A stretch of 64,000 nt of DNA, from positions 1 through 64,000 of the forward strand of contig JAXGPF010000010.1 in NCBI GenBank assembly GCA_040767085.1. The letters are read 5' to 3'. The position numbers and the translations under genes were made by a program. Below the pieces are notes generated by a model that made no database searches, was not told where the DNA came from, and saw only the letters and a program-made list of their open reading frames with translations. This document shows, piece by piece, positions 39,919-49,271 of the stretch. Position 1 is the first letter of the stretch. Every line of letters starts with the position of its first letter. Source of the DNA: Kiritimatiellia bacterium (lineage in GTDB: Bacteria; Verrucomicrobiota; Kiritimatiellia; JAAZAB01).

Positions 39919-40149
39919 TTATTCGACCACTTCTAAAACGGCCTTGCGCTTGTGCTTGGCCGCCAGGCCGGCCAGCAACATGCGCATGGCGCTGATGGTT
40001 TTGCCGTTCTTGCCGATGATGCGCCCCATATCCTCGGCATGGCAGCGCACCTCGATGATGATGTTGGTCCGGCCGGCAATCTCGGCGATCTGCACGCGCT
40101 CCGGATGGTCCACCAGGGCCTTGACAATGTATGCGATGAAATTTTTCAT
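39919..40149 (-). CDS. khpA: KH-domain RNA-binding protein
   Basis: IVKALVDHPE and EDMGRIIGKNGKTI motifs; follows rpsP with an ATGA overlap. Confidence 0.92.
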   Translation of the reverse strand: MKNFIAYIVKALVDHPERVQIAEIAGRTNIIIEVRCHAEDMGRIIGKNGKTISAMRMLLAGLAAKHKRKAVLEVVE

Positions 40150-40418
40150 GCGGTAGTCGTCGGAGCCGCCGCCGGCGCCGCGGCCTTGGCGCGCCGGACC
40201 AGGCTGCGCACCGTATCGGAAATCTGCGCGCCGTTGGCGCGCCATTTTTCAATGCGTTCCAGGTCGAGTTTAAAATTGCCGCCCTTGCGCTTGGGATCGT
40301 ACCAGCCCAGGGTTTCCAGGCATTGCCCGTCGCGGGCCGAGCGCATGTCCGTCGCCACAATACGAAACGCCGGGTCATTGTTGGCGCCCATGCGCCGGCA
40401 TCTGATTTTTACCGCCAT
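40146..40418 (-). CDS. rpsP: 30S ribosomal protein S16
   Basis: MAVKIR..RMG, FRIVATD.R..RDG, ETLGWYDP and GAQISDTV motifs; AGGAG RBS. Confidence 0.97.
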   Translation of the reverse strand: MAVKIRCRRMGANNDPAFRIVATDMRSARDGQCLETLGWYDPKRKGGNFKLDLERIEKWRANGAQISDTVRSLVRRAKAAAPAAAPTTTA

Positions 40419-40548
40419 ACTAGCACTCCTTCCTGCGGGTTTGGCCGGCCAGCCTTTTGCAGGCATGGTCGCGGCCTTCAAAAAACTGCCTTAAAACTAT
40501 TACCATTAACCGAATGCCAGGCAAAATTCAAGCATAATTTAACGGGAA

Positions 40549-40576
40549 TTGCAAAAAAAATGCCGTTCTGTATAAT
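40549..40576 (+). promoter_or_regulatory. Putative sigma70 promoter
   Basis: TTGCAA-16 bp-TATAAT, 30 nt upstream of the ATG at 40606. Confidence 0.55.
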
Positions 40577-40605
40577 GCATGCCTTTTTCCAGACTGGAGG
40601 CGATC

Positions 40606-41385
40606 ATGTGCAGGTTGCTGGCGGTGAAATGTGCCGCGCCGGCGGCGCTGGAGTATTACATGCTGCGTGCGCCCGTGCCGTTCCTGTCTTACGGCGATCG
40701 GCGCAATCCGGACGGGTGGGGGGTGGCCTGGTACGAGGACGGCCAGCCGCAGCTTTTCAAGGACCCGCAGCCGGCGCCGGCTTCCCGGGTGCTGCCCATC
40801 CTGGCCGCCGAGGCCGTTTCCCCGATGCTGGTGGCCCATCTGCGCAAGGCCAGCCAGGGTGTGTTGCGCCGGCGCAATTGCCACCCGTTCGTTTACGGCA
40901 AATGGACTTTCGCCCATAACGGCACGGTGCGCGACGCCCGGGAATGGCGCCGCCGGCTGCGCGGCCGGTTCCGCGCCGCCATCAACGGCGAAACGGATTC
41001 GGAAATTTATTTCTTAATCCTGCTGCAGGCGATTGAGCTGCGCGGGGGGGATGTCATTGCCGGCATCCGCGACGTGACGGCGGAATTGCGGAATTTCACC
41101 GGGGCCAATTTCCTGCTGACGGACGGCGATCGCCTCTATGCTTACCGCAATTGCAGCCATAAAGTCAGGCATTTTTCGCTGTCCTACCGCTGCGTCCGGC
41201 GTCCCGCGCGAACGCCGGCCGGCGCGCGCCTGGCGGCTACTGACCTGCGGCGGATTCCCCATGTCGCCGTCTGTTCGAACAAACTGACCACGGGCGGCTG
41301 GCACCCGATTCCACTGCGGCATCTCCTGGTGGTGGAAGCGGATCTTTCCGTCAGGCTGGTTAAGGTTTTGACCTTCCCCCTTTGA
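40606..41385 (+). CDS. Class II glutamine amidotransferase (YafJ/EgtC-like Ntn hydrolase)
   Basis: N-terminal MCRLL; NPDGWG, AHLRKAS, NCHPF, FAHNG and GETDSE motifs. Confidence 0.92.
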   Translation: MCRLLAVKCAAPAALEYYMLRAPVPFLSYGDRRNPDGWGVAWYEDGQPQLFKDPQPAPASRVLPILAAEAVSPMLVAHLRKASQGVLRRRNCHPFVYGKWTFAHNGTVRDAREWRRRLRGRFRAAINGETDSEIYFLILLQAIELRGGDVIAGIRDVTAELRNFTGANFLLTDGDRLYAYRNCSHKVRHFSLSYRCVRRPARTPAGARLAATDLRRIPHVAVCSNKLTTGGWHPIPLRHLLVVEADLSVRLVKVLTFPL

Positions 41386-41397
41386 CTGATCCATCCG

Positions 41398-42321
41398 CTA
41401 AGAGAGTCCAACAGAGAGCATCATAGCCCCGTTTTTTTGGTTGTCCACCCCTCTTTGTGCTTCCATACCGGCCCCCTTGGGGGGAATGGGGGCCGGCGCA
41501 ACCGCCTGAGCTTCCGCAAATTCGATTGGCGTCAGGTGTCCCAGGGCGCTGTGGGGGCGGCACTCATTAAAATCCCAGCGCCAATTCTCGATAATACTCC
41601 TGGCATCCGGCAAACTGACGAAATAGTTCCCGTTGAGGCATTCATCGCGAAACCGGCCGTTGAAACTTTCGATGTATCCATTTTGGGAGGGCTTCCCTGG
41701 TTCAATGAAATACAGTTTCACGTCCCGTGTATATGCCCAGGCATCCAAGGCTGCACTGGTAAACTCCGGTCCATTATCCATCATGATTTGCCGGGGGTAA
41801 CCCCGCTGACACCCTAGTTCCTCGAGCGTACGGGCTACCCGACCGCCTCCGATAGAGGTGTCCGGCACGAGCGCCAGGCACTCCCGGTTAAAGCAGTCCA
41901 TGATCGCCAGCACCTTGAGCTTGTGTCCGTTGGTCATCGTGTCACTGACAAAATCCATCGCCCACAACTCGTTCCTGACTGTTGGCTTTGCCAGCGGCTC
42001 GCGCTCACCGTGACTGACACGCTTGCGGTTGCGCCGCCGAACTTGCAATCCCTCCTCCCGATACAGCCGCTCGATCCGCTTGTGGTTGTCTTTCCAGCCT
42101 TCCCGCCGCAGTTGCACCACGACCCGCGGGCTGCCCCAGCGGACCCGCTTCTGTGCGACCGCTCGGATCGCCGCCCGCAATGGCTCGTCCGTCCTCGCTC
42201 TGCCCTTGTAGTAGAAACTACTGCAGCGGATCTGCATCAACCCACAGCTACGCCGCGCGCTGACCTGGTAGGACTCGACCAGGTAGTGCGCGGCGCCCCG
42301 CCGTGCCGTGGGCGTTACCAT
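41398..42321 (-). CDS. IS3 transposase OrfB (rve integrase core)
   Basis: [51 protein letters not shown] and RPHSALG motifs. Confidence 0.95.
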   Translation of the reverse strand: MVTPTARRGAAHYLVESYQVSARRSCGLMQIRCSSFYYKGRARTDEPLRAAIRAVAQKRVRWGSPRVVVQLRREGWKDNHKRIERLYREEGLQVRRRNRKRVSHGEREPLAKPTVRNELWAMDFVSDTMTNGHKLKVLAIMDCFNRECLALVPDTSIGGGRVARTLEELGCQRGYPRQIMMDNGPEFTSAALDAWAYTRDVKLYFIEPGKPSQNGYIESFNGRFRDECLNGNYFVSLPDARSIIENWRWDFNECRPHSALGHLTPIEFAEAQAVAPAPIPPKGAGMEAQRGVDNQKNGAMMLSVGLS

Positions 42322-42581
42322 TTTTTTGAGACGACATCCTTCAGCATCTGGATGTCCAGCGCCTGGTCGGCTACCAGCCGCTTCAGCCGCCGGTTCTCTT
42401 CTTCCAGGCCTTTGAGCCGCTTGGCCTCGCTGATCTCCATCCCGCCATACTTCGCCTTCCAGCGGTAAAATGTGCCTTGCGCAATGCCGTGTTTACGCAA
42501 CACCTCCGGCATCGGCATCCCGGCTTCCGCCTCCTTCAGCACCCCGATAATCTGTTCCTCACTGAACTGTTTTCCTCGCAT
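42315..42581 (-). CDS. IS3 transposase OrfA (HTH plus leucine zipper)
   Basis: [24 protein letters not shown] and [14 protein letters not shown] motifs; ends in an A7 run (AAAAAAATGGTAA), a candidate -1 frameshift site. Confidence 0.95.
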   Translation of the reverse strand: MRGKQFSEEQIIGVLKEAEAGMPMPEVLRKHGIAQGTFYRWKAKYGGMEISEAKRLKGLEEENRRLKRLVADQALDIQMLKDVVSKKW

Positions 42582-42661
42582 CTTTGTCCTCCTCGGGCTA
42601 CTCTACCCAATTGAGGACTCTCTTTCAATACGGTCCAGTTTTTAGGGAGAACGTCAGTTTA

Positions 42662-42810
42662 GGGAAAAAGGGGCAGAGTCACAGAGGGGCAGAGTCACAG
42701 AGGGGCAAAGGCGGAGAGGGGCAGAGGATCAAAGGGGCAGAGAGAAAAGCAATCTGTCTATGATCCTTTGATCCTTTGTGCCTTGGTCACTGCTGAGGGG
42801 GCAAAGGCCC
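42662..42810. repeat. Module D array (8-bp units AGAGGGGC/AAAGGATC/AGAGTCAC) with a short inverse copy
   Basis: About ten 8-bp units, followed by TGATCCTTTGATCCTTTGTGCC. Confidence 0.8.
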
Positions 42811-42832
42811 CGCACACTGAACACTTCCATCG

Positions 42833-43255
42833 TCAGCCGGACGTGATCTGAATCCGGCGCCGGCGCGGTCCAACGCATTCCAGGCGCACCCGGATGGCGG
42901 ATGGCGGGAGCAGTTCTTCCGCGCGTTCGGCCCACTCGATGACCGTGATGCCCGGGCGGTCGAAATATTCCTCCAGTCCGGCTGCCAGGGCGTCCGCCGC
43001 CGCCGGCAGCCGGTATAAATCCATGTGATACAGAGGCACCGGCCCCGGATATTCGTTGATGATGACGAAGGTGGGGCTGGTGACCGGCTCGCGCAGGCCC
43101 AGGCCGGCGGCCAGGCCCTGGACGAAGCAGGTTTTGCCCGCGCCGATGTCGCCGAACAACGCCACCACCGCGGGCGGCTGCAGTTGCCGCGCCAGCGCGG
43201 CGGCCATCCGGCGCGTTTCCGCCGGGCTATTTGTGACGCATTCGGAAGTGTTCAT
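42833..43255 (-). CDS. tsaE: tRNA threonylcarbamoyladenosine biosynthesis ATPase
   Basis: GDIGAGKT, VTSPTF, YHMDLYRL and VIEWAE motifs. Confidence 0.96.
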   Translation of the reverse strand: MNTSECVTNSPAETRRMAAALARQLQPPAVVALFGDIGAGKTCFVQGLAAGLGLREPVTSPTFVIINEYPGPVPLYHMDLYRLPAAADALAAGLEEYFDRPGITVIEWAERAEELLPPSAIRVRLECVGPRRRRIQITSG

Positions 43256-44213
43256 AACCTTTGGCTTTCAGGCTGACTTTGCCGCCGTCGGCGCGGAGCA
43301 GCTTGAGGCCTTTACTCTCCGGCATGACGGCGCCGATGACGGTGCAGGGCGTTTCCAGCGACACCGGCCATTCCCGGAGCATGTCCGGCAGGCGGGCGGC
43401 GGGCACGGCAAACAGCAATTCAAAATCTTCGCCATCGGACAAGGCATGCTGCAGCGGGGTCCGCCGGCCGTCCGCAGTCTGCGCGGCCGGCGCGACAGGG
43501 ATTTTTTCCGCTGCGATTACGGCGCCGGTCCCGCTGGCTTCGGCCAGATGGCGTAAATCCGCCGCCAGGCCGTCGCTGATGTCAATCATGGCCGTGGCCC
43601 ACCCGCCGCGCATCAGCCATTGTCCGGCTGCCAGACGCGGTTCAAAATGCAGGTGCTTGCCCGCGCGGCTGCCGCCGAGGGTGCCGGTGACGCAGAGGCT
43701 GTCCCCGGGCCGCGCGCCGGAACGGAGCACGGCCCGTCCGTGCGGCACGCGTCCGACGCCGAAGATGTGCAGCGCCAGGTGCGGTGCGGCGGAAATATCT
43801 CCGCCGGCGATGCCCGCGCCATGACGACGCGCCAGCGCCTTGATGCCGTCGTATAACCCCGTAATGCGGGTCACGGGGGTGTTGGGCGGCGCGGCCAGGT
43901 TAATGTTAATCCAGAGCGGCTCGCCGCCCATGGCCGCGATATCGCTCAGCACCCGGCCGAGGGCCTTGTGGCCGACCGCCGCCGGTTGGTCGCCGGGGCC
44001 GAAATGCACGCCTTCGATGACCGGATCGGATTTGAGCAGCCAGTCCCACCCGGCCGCGCCGTCGGGCCGCACCACGGCGCAATCGTCGCCCGGGCCAACC
44101 AGCAATTCCGGATGTTTCGGCAAATCGCCGCACAGGCCGCGCAGCATTTCGTGTTCCCCGACATCGCGCAGGCGTTGCGGGTGGTATGCTATCGATGAAA
44201 ATTGCGGGCTCAT
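43227..44213 (-). CDS. thiL: Thiamine-monophosphate kinase
   Basis: GPGDDCA, EGVHF, LSDIAAMGG, AGGD, MIDISDGL, GEDFELLF and GYEHF motifs. Confidence 0.95.
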   Translation of the reverse strand: MSPQFSSIAYHPQRLRDVGEHEMLRGLCGDLPKHPELLVGPGDDCAVVRPDGAAGWDWLLKSDPVIEGVHFGPGDQPAAVGHKALGRVLSDIAAMGGEPLWININLAAPPNTPVTRITGLYDGIKALARRHGAGIAGGDISAAPHLALHIFGVGRVPHGRAVLRSGARPGDSLCVTGTLGGSRAGKHLHFEPRLAAGQWLMRGGWATAMIDISDGLAADLRHLAEASGTGAVIAAEKIPVAPAAQTADGRRTPLQHALSDGEDFELLFAVPAARLPDMLREWPVSLETPCTVIGAVMPESKGLKLLRADGGKVSLKAKGYEHFRMRHK

Positions 44214-45292
44214 GCGGAAAATGCCAGCAACGGCTGTGGAAACGGGTGTTTGATGACGCCCCGCTCGCTGATGATGCCGGTGATGAGTGCGGCGGGAGTG
44301 ACATCGAAGGCGGGGGCATAGACCTTGACGCCTTCCGGCGCGGTGGGCGCGCCGAAGCCGCGGGTGATTTCCTCCGCGCCGCGCTCTTCGATCGGGATGG
44401 AAGCGCCATCGGGCGTATCCAAATCGAAAGTGGAGGTAGGCGCGAGGACGTAAAACGGCACCTGGTGCGCCCGCGCCAGCAGCGCCAGCCCGTAAGTGCC
44501 GATCTTGTTGGCGGTGTCGCCGTTGGCGGCAATCCGGTCGGCGCCGACCATGACTGCGTCAATCCGGCCTTCGCGCATGACCTGGGCCGCCATGTTGTCG
44601 CAGATCAGGGTGACCTCCACGCCGGCCTGCATCAGTTCCCAGGCGGTGAGCCGGGCGCCCTGGAGCAGGGGGCGGGTTTCATCGGCGTAAACGCGGATGG
44701 TTTTGCCCTGCTCGCGGGCGATGTAAATCGGCGCCAGGGCCGTGCCGTAACCCGAGGTCGCCAGGCCGCCGGCATTGCAATGAGTCAGCACGGTCTGCCC
44801 GTCCTGGAGCAAGGAGGCGCCATGGCGGCCGATGGCGCGGCACATTTCCATATCTTCGTTGTAAATCCTGAGCGCTTCCGCCAGCAACCGGTCCTTGAAG
44901 GCGGCCGGCTCGAGGTTGGCGGCGAACTGGGCCGTCTGGCGCATGCGCGTCAGGGCCCAGAAGAGGTTGACGGCGGTGGGGCGGGCGGTGCCCAGGTAAT
45001 CGGCAGCCTGGCAGGCGGCCTCGATCAGGCCGTTGGTGTCGGCGGTGTTTTTCTGGATGGCCAGCACCACGCCCATGGCGGCGGCGATGCCGATGGCGGG
45101 CGCGCCGCGCACCTGGAGGTCTTTAATTGCCTGCCACAGCGGCGGCAGATCGCGGATTTCCAGGAAACTGGCGGAACCGGGCAGGCGGGTCTGGTCCAGA
45201 ATGCGAATGCAGCCGGGCCGGGAGCCGCCGGCATGGTCCGGCTGCCAGGCGATGGTGGGGATCGGCAGTTTGGCGTGCGGATCGGTTTTCAT
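44210..45292 (-). CDS. mtnA: S-methyl-5-thioribose-1-phosphate isomerase
   Basis: LDQTRLP, VRGAPAIG, RPTAVNL, LTHCNAG, ETRPLLQGARLTAWEL and NKIGTY motifs. Confidence 0.97.
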   Translation of the reverse strand: MKTDPHAKLPIPTIAWQPDHAGGSRPGCIRILDQTRLPGSASFLEIRDLPPLWQAIKDLQVRGAPAIGIAAAMGVVLAIQKNTADTNGLIEAACQAADYLGTARPTAVNLFWALTRMRQTAQFAANLEPAAFKDRLLAEALRIYNEDMEMCRAIGRHGASLLQDGQTVLTHCNAGGLATSGYGTALAPIYIAREQGKTIRVYADETRPLLQGARLTAWELMQAGVEVTLICDNMAAQVMREGRIDAVMVGADRIAANGDTANKIGTYGLALLARAHQVPFYVLAPTSTFDLDTPDGASIPIEERGAEEITRGFGAPTAPEGVKVYAPAFDVTPAALITGIISERGVIKHPFPQPLLAFSA

Positions 45293-45295
45293 GGA

Positions 45296-46111
45296 TTAAA
45301 ACAACAGTAATAACAAGGCGATGTTAACGAGGTTGAACAACGCGTGCATTATAATCGCCGCGCCGAGCGACCGCGTATAAATATATGCCAAGGAAAGGAA
45401 AACCGCCAGCACAAACAGCGGCAAAAGCGCCGCCGGGTGCAGGTGGATCAAGGCGAATGCGGCGGCGGTGGCGAGAATGGCCGGTATCGCTCCTCCGCTG
45501 CGCGCCGCCAGCGGCAAAGCCATGCCCCGGAAGAGCAACTCTTCGAATACCGGCGCGGTCACGCCGGCGGCCGCGATCAGCACCAGGCGTACGGCCAGGT
45601 TTTCCGTGGTCAATAATTCCAGGGCCGCGTCCTGCAAGGCAGTCGGACGGCCAGCCAGGCGCAACAGCGCATGGTTCAGGAAACCGGCGGCCATGACGAA
45701 GGGCAGGGCCGCCAGGTAAAAGACCACGCCCCACCGCCAGGGATGGCGCGCCGGCAGCCGCCGCGGCAATCGGCGCGGATGGCGCCGCCGCCGCAGCAGC
45801 AGGACCAGTAAAATGCCGCCGCCATGGAGCAGGAGCACGCGGGCGGCTAAAACCCATACCGGCGGCAGGCAGCGGCCGGCCAGCAGGTTGGCCGCTGCAA
45901 CGGCGGCCCCGATGTACGCCAGGATCAGGGCCAGATCCGGCCAGGTCCAGCCCGGGCGGGGGAGGCGGCGCAGCCGGCGGCGCCAGACCCAGGGCCGGCG
46001 CCGGAAACCGCGCCACAGGCGGCGCGCCGCCGCCAGTCCGCCCGCCATCAGTACCGCGCCGGCAATGGCCGCGGCGGCTGCTTGCGCCAGGGATGGATTG
46101 AATTCAGCCAA
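45296..46111 (-). CDS. CPBP (Abi/CAAX) intramembrane glutamic endopeptidase
   Basis: PVFEELLFRG, FALIH and HALFN motifs; TTG start uncertain. Confidence 0.88.
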   Translation of the reverse strand: MAEFNPSLAQAAAAAIAGAVLMAGGLAAARRLWRGFRRRPWVWRRRLRRLPRPGWTWPDLALILAYIGAAVAAANLLAGRCLPPVWVLAARVLLLHGGGILLVLLLRRRRHPRRLPRRLPARHPWRWGVVFYLAALPFVMAAGFLNHALLRLAGRPTALQDAALELLTTENLAVRLVLIAAAGVTAPVFEELLFRGMALPLAARSGGAIPAILATAAAFALIHLHPAALLPLFVLAVFLSLAYIYTRSLGAAIIMHALFNLVNIALLLLLF

Positions 46112-46113
46112 AC

Positions 46114-47091
46114 TCAGCCCGCGTCCGGATCGAGGGTTTCGCGGATCACGTAAATCGGCTTGTTTTGCGATTCGTGGTAAGTGCGAATCTGGATTTCCGC
46201 CAGCAGTCCCATGCTTATGAAATGCAGGCCGAAGAACACCAGCATGAAAGACGTCATCACCCAGAATGGCCGTTTCAGCAGGGTGGCGGCGAAAGCGGTG
46301 CCGAAGAGATTGGCCGAGAGGTTGCCCAGCACCATGCCCGCCAGCAGCAAAATGCCGGCCGCGCCGAGGAAAAGTCCGATCCTGCCGAAAATCTGGATTG
46401 GACTTTTGCTGTAACGCAGAAGGAAGGTCACGGTGAACAAGTCCAGGATCACGCGTGTAATCCGGGAAAGCCCGTACTTCGAGCGCCCCATGCGACGGGG
46501 ATGGTGATTGACCACCACTTCCGCCACCGACCCGCCCACCCAGTGGGCCAGGGCGGGGATGAAACGGTGCATTTCGCCGTACAGATGCACGTTCTGCATG
46601 ACATCCCGGCGGTAGGCTTTCAGTGTGCAGCCGAAATCGTGCAAGGCCACGCCGGTCAACCGGCTGATCAGGCGGTTGGCGACCATGGATGGGAGGCGGC
46701 GGTGGATGAAGGCGTCCTGGCGGTCTTTGCGCCAGCCGCTGACGACGTCGAAGCCCTGGTCAATCTGCGCGAGCAGCAGCGGGATGTCGTCGGGGTCGTT
46801 TTGCAGATCGGCATCCATGGTGATGATGACCTTGCCGCGGGCATGATGCATGCCGGCCGACATGGCGGCGGTCTGTCCGAAATTCCGGCGGAAGCGGATC
46901 AAACGCAAGCCCCGCAGCCGGGCGGACTCTGCCTTGAGCTTGCTCCAGGTGCCATCGGTGCTGCCGTCGTCCACCATGATGATTTCATAAGACTGGGGCA
47001 GTTTGGACAATGCTTCGCCCAGCTTGGCGCATAACGGCGCAACACATTCTTCCTCGTTGAAAATCGGCACGATAATGGATATGTCCGGCAT
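46114..47091 (-). CDS. GT2 polyprenol-phosphate glycosyltransferase (ArnC/GtrB/DPM1-like)
   Basis: ISIIVPIFNEE, VDDGSTD, RRNFGQTAA, MDADLQNDP and MHRFIP motifs; two C-terminal TM segments. Confidence 0.92.
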   Translation of the reverse strand: MPDISIIVPIFNEEECVAPLCAKLGEALSKLPQSYEIIMVDDGSTDGTWSKLKAESARLRGLRLIRFRRNFGQTAAMSAGMHHARGKVIITMDADLQNDPDDIPLLLAQIDQGFDVVSGWRKDRQDAFIHRRLPSMVANRLISRLTGVALHDFGCTLKAYRRDVMQNVHLYGEMHRFIPALAHWVGGSVAEVVVNHHPRRMGRSKYGLSRITRVILDLFTVTFLLRYSKSPIQIFGRIGLFLGAAGILLLAGMVLGNLSANLFGTAFAATLLKRPFWVMTSFMLVFFGLHFISMGLLAEIQIRTYHESQNKPIYVIRETLDPDAG

Positions 47092-47181
47092 ATGTTTTCC
47101 TTCCGTCTGCGTCTTCCCCGGCATGGGGTGTCAATACCGATAGTCTAGATGATTTTATAAGGGAGTCAAGCCGAACAGGGA

Positions 47182-47335
47182 CCGCAGAGGCGGAGAGGGG
47201 CAAAGGATCAAAGGGGCAAAGGGGTAGAGTGAAGAGATGAGGCAATCCGTCTCTGATCCTTTGATCCTCTGTGCCTTTGTCACGGCTGAGCTGTTTTGCC
47301 TTTCGCGTTCCTTGCGTTCTTTGCGGTGAATTTAC
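47182..47335. repeat. Mosaic repeat (D, D', B)
   Basis: AGAGGGGCAAAGGATCAAAGGGGC...TGATCCTTTGATCCTCTGTGCC...TTTCGCGTTCCTTGCGTTCTTTGCGGTGAATTT; resembles 42700-42790. Confidence 0.82.
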
Positions 47336-47483
47336 CGTGTCCGCCTATTCCGCGGTGCGTGCCCCCGGCACGCCCCGGCGAAAAATAATTTGCGCGCTGT
47401 GCCGGTTTCTGTTAAACACTCCTGCTTTTTGTATTGGACCGGTCCGTATCAGCGGTTCCGGCCGGCGCCGGAAGATTGTTTTT

Positions 47484-49271
47484 ATGCATGACAGCGGTAA
47501 AATTCGCAACGTTGCGGTCATCGCCCATGTGGACCATGGCAAAACCACGCTGGTGGACCAGCTTTTCCGCCAGAGCGGGATGTTCCGTGAAAACCAGGCC
47601 GTGGCGGAGCGTTTGATGGATTCCATGGATCTCGAGCGCGAGCGCGGCATTACCATCGCTGCGAAAAACGGCGCCTTGCGTTACCGCGGCTACACCGTCA
47701 ATATCATTGACACCCCCGGCCATGCCGATTTCGGCGGCCAGGTGGAACGGGTGCTGCAAATGGCCGACGGCGCGTTGCTCCTGGTGGATGCGCAGGAAGG
47801 ACCGATGCCGCAGACATTTTTTGTGCTCAAAAAAGCTCTGGCGCGGCGGCTGCCGATCATCGTCGTCATCAACAAGATTGACAAACCCGCCGCCCGGCCG
47901 CATTGGGCGGTGGACCAGGTATTCGACTTGTTCGTCAAGCTGGACGCGCCGCACGAGATCCTGGATTTCCACGCGCTGTATGCCTCTGCCACCGGGGGCT
48001 ATGCCGGGGAAGACCCGGCCCGGCCGGGGACGGATATGCAGCCGCTGTTCGACGCCATCATCCAGCGCATTCCCGCGCCGGCCGGCAATTCGCGCGGGCC
48101 TTTGCAAATGCAGGTCAGCACGATCGATCATTCGCCGTTCCTCGGCCGGCTGGGTATCGGCAAGATCACTTCCGGCGGCATGCAGGTGGGGATGCCGGCG
48201 GCGGTGGCTGACACTGCCGGACGGCTGCGCCTGACGCGCATCACCAAGATTTACCGGTTCGACTGCACGCGCAAGGTCGAAACCGGCCGCGCCGGGCTGG
48301 GGGAAATCGTGGCGGTGGCCGGCCAGGACGATCTGTCCGTCGGCGAAACGTTTACCGATCCCGACCAGCCTCTGCCGCTGCCTTCGCCGCCCATCGATCC
48401 GCCGACGGTTTCCATGTTGTTTCTCCCCAACAATTCTCCGTTTGCCGGCACGGAAGGCGAATTCATCACTTCCACCCACCTGGCCGAACGCCTGCGCCGG
48501 GAAGCTTTGGTGGATGTGGCCCTGGTCGTGGAAGAATTGGCCGGGGCGCCCGGGTTTAAGGTGTCCGGCCGGGGCGAGTTGCACCTGTCCATTCTCATCG
48601 AAAAAATGCGCCGGGAAGGCTACGAATTTCAGGTCAGCTGCCCGCGGGTGATCTTCAAGGAAGAGGCGGGGCAACGGCTGGAGCCTTACGAGGAATTGCT
48701 GGTGGAAATGGCGGAGGAATATTCCGGCACGGTTATTGAGAAACTGGGCATGCGCAAGGGACAGTTGCTGGAGATGCGCCGCGAAAACGGATTGATGCGG
48801 CTGAAATACAAAATTCCCACGCGCGGACTCCTGGGGTTCAAGTCCGAATTCATGTCCGACGTCAAAGGCATGGGCATGCTGACCTACATTTTCCTGGAAT
48901 ATGACGCGTTCGCCGGCGACATGCGGCAGCGCAAGAACGGCGTGCTGGTATCTACGGAAACCTGCATGACCGTGGCCTACGCGCTTTTCAACCTGCAGAA
49001 ACGCGGCCGGCTTTTCCTGGAGCCGGGCGTGCGCATTTACCGCGGGCAGATCATCGGCGAACATTGCCGGAGCAACGACCTGACGGTCAACCCCGCTAAG
49101 GGCAAAAAACTGACCAACGTGCGGGCCGCCGGGTCCGACGAAAACATCATCCTGACGCCGGTTGTCAGGATGAGCCTGGAAGATTGTATCACCTACATCA
49201 ACGACGATGAGTTGGTGGAAGTCACCCCGAAAAATATCCGCCTGCGCAAGCGCGCGGGGGTGCGTGTTTAA
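47484..49271 (+). CDS. typA: Translational GTPase TypA/BipA
   Basis: [36 protein letters not shown] and [12 protein letters not shown] motifs. Confidence 0.97.
   Translation: MHDSGKIRNVAVIAHVDHGKTTLVDQLFRQSGMFRENQAVAERLMDSMDLERERGITIAAKNGALRYRGYTVNIIDTPGHADFGGQVERVLQMADGALLLVDAQEGPMPQTFFVLKKALARRLPIIVVINKIDKPAARPHWAVDQVFDLFVKLDAPHEILDFHALYASATGGYAGEDPARPGTDMQPLFDAIIQRIPAPAGNSRGPLQMQVSTIDHSPFLGRLGIGKITSGGMQVGMPAAVADTAGRLRLTRITKIYRFDCTRKVETGRAGLGEIVAVAGQDDLSVGETFTDPDQPLPLPSPPIDPPTVSMLFLPNNSPFAGTEGEFITSTHLAERLRREALVDVALVVEELAGAPGFKVSGRGELHLSILIEKMRREGYEFQVSCPRVIFKEEAGQRLEPYEELLVEMAEEYSGTVIEKLGMRKGQLLEMRRENGLMRLKYKIPTRGLLGFKSEFMSDVKGMGMLTYIFLEYDAFAGDMRQRKNGVLVSTETCMTVAYALFNLQKRGRLFLEPGVRIYRGQIIGEHCRSNDLTVNPAKGKKLTNVRAAGSDENIILTPVVRMSLEDCITYINDDELVEVTPKNIRLRKRAGVRV

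Larger units (their letters stand above)
41387..42656 (-). mobile_element. IS3-family insertion sequence (IS407-group-like)
   Basis: orfA/orfB pair. Imperfect terminal repeats TGACGTTCTCCCTAAAAA (42656, minus strand) and TGATCCATCCGCTAAGAG (41387). No clear TSD; left boundary approximate. Confidence 0.85.
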
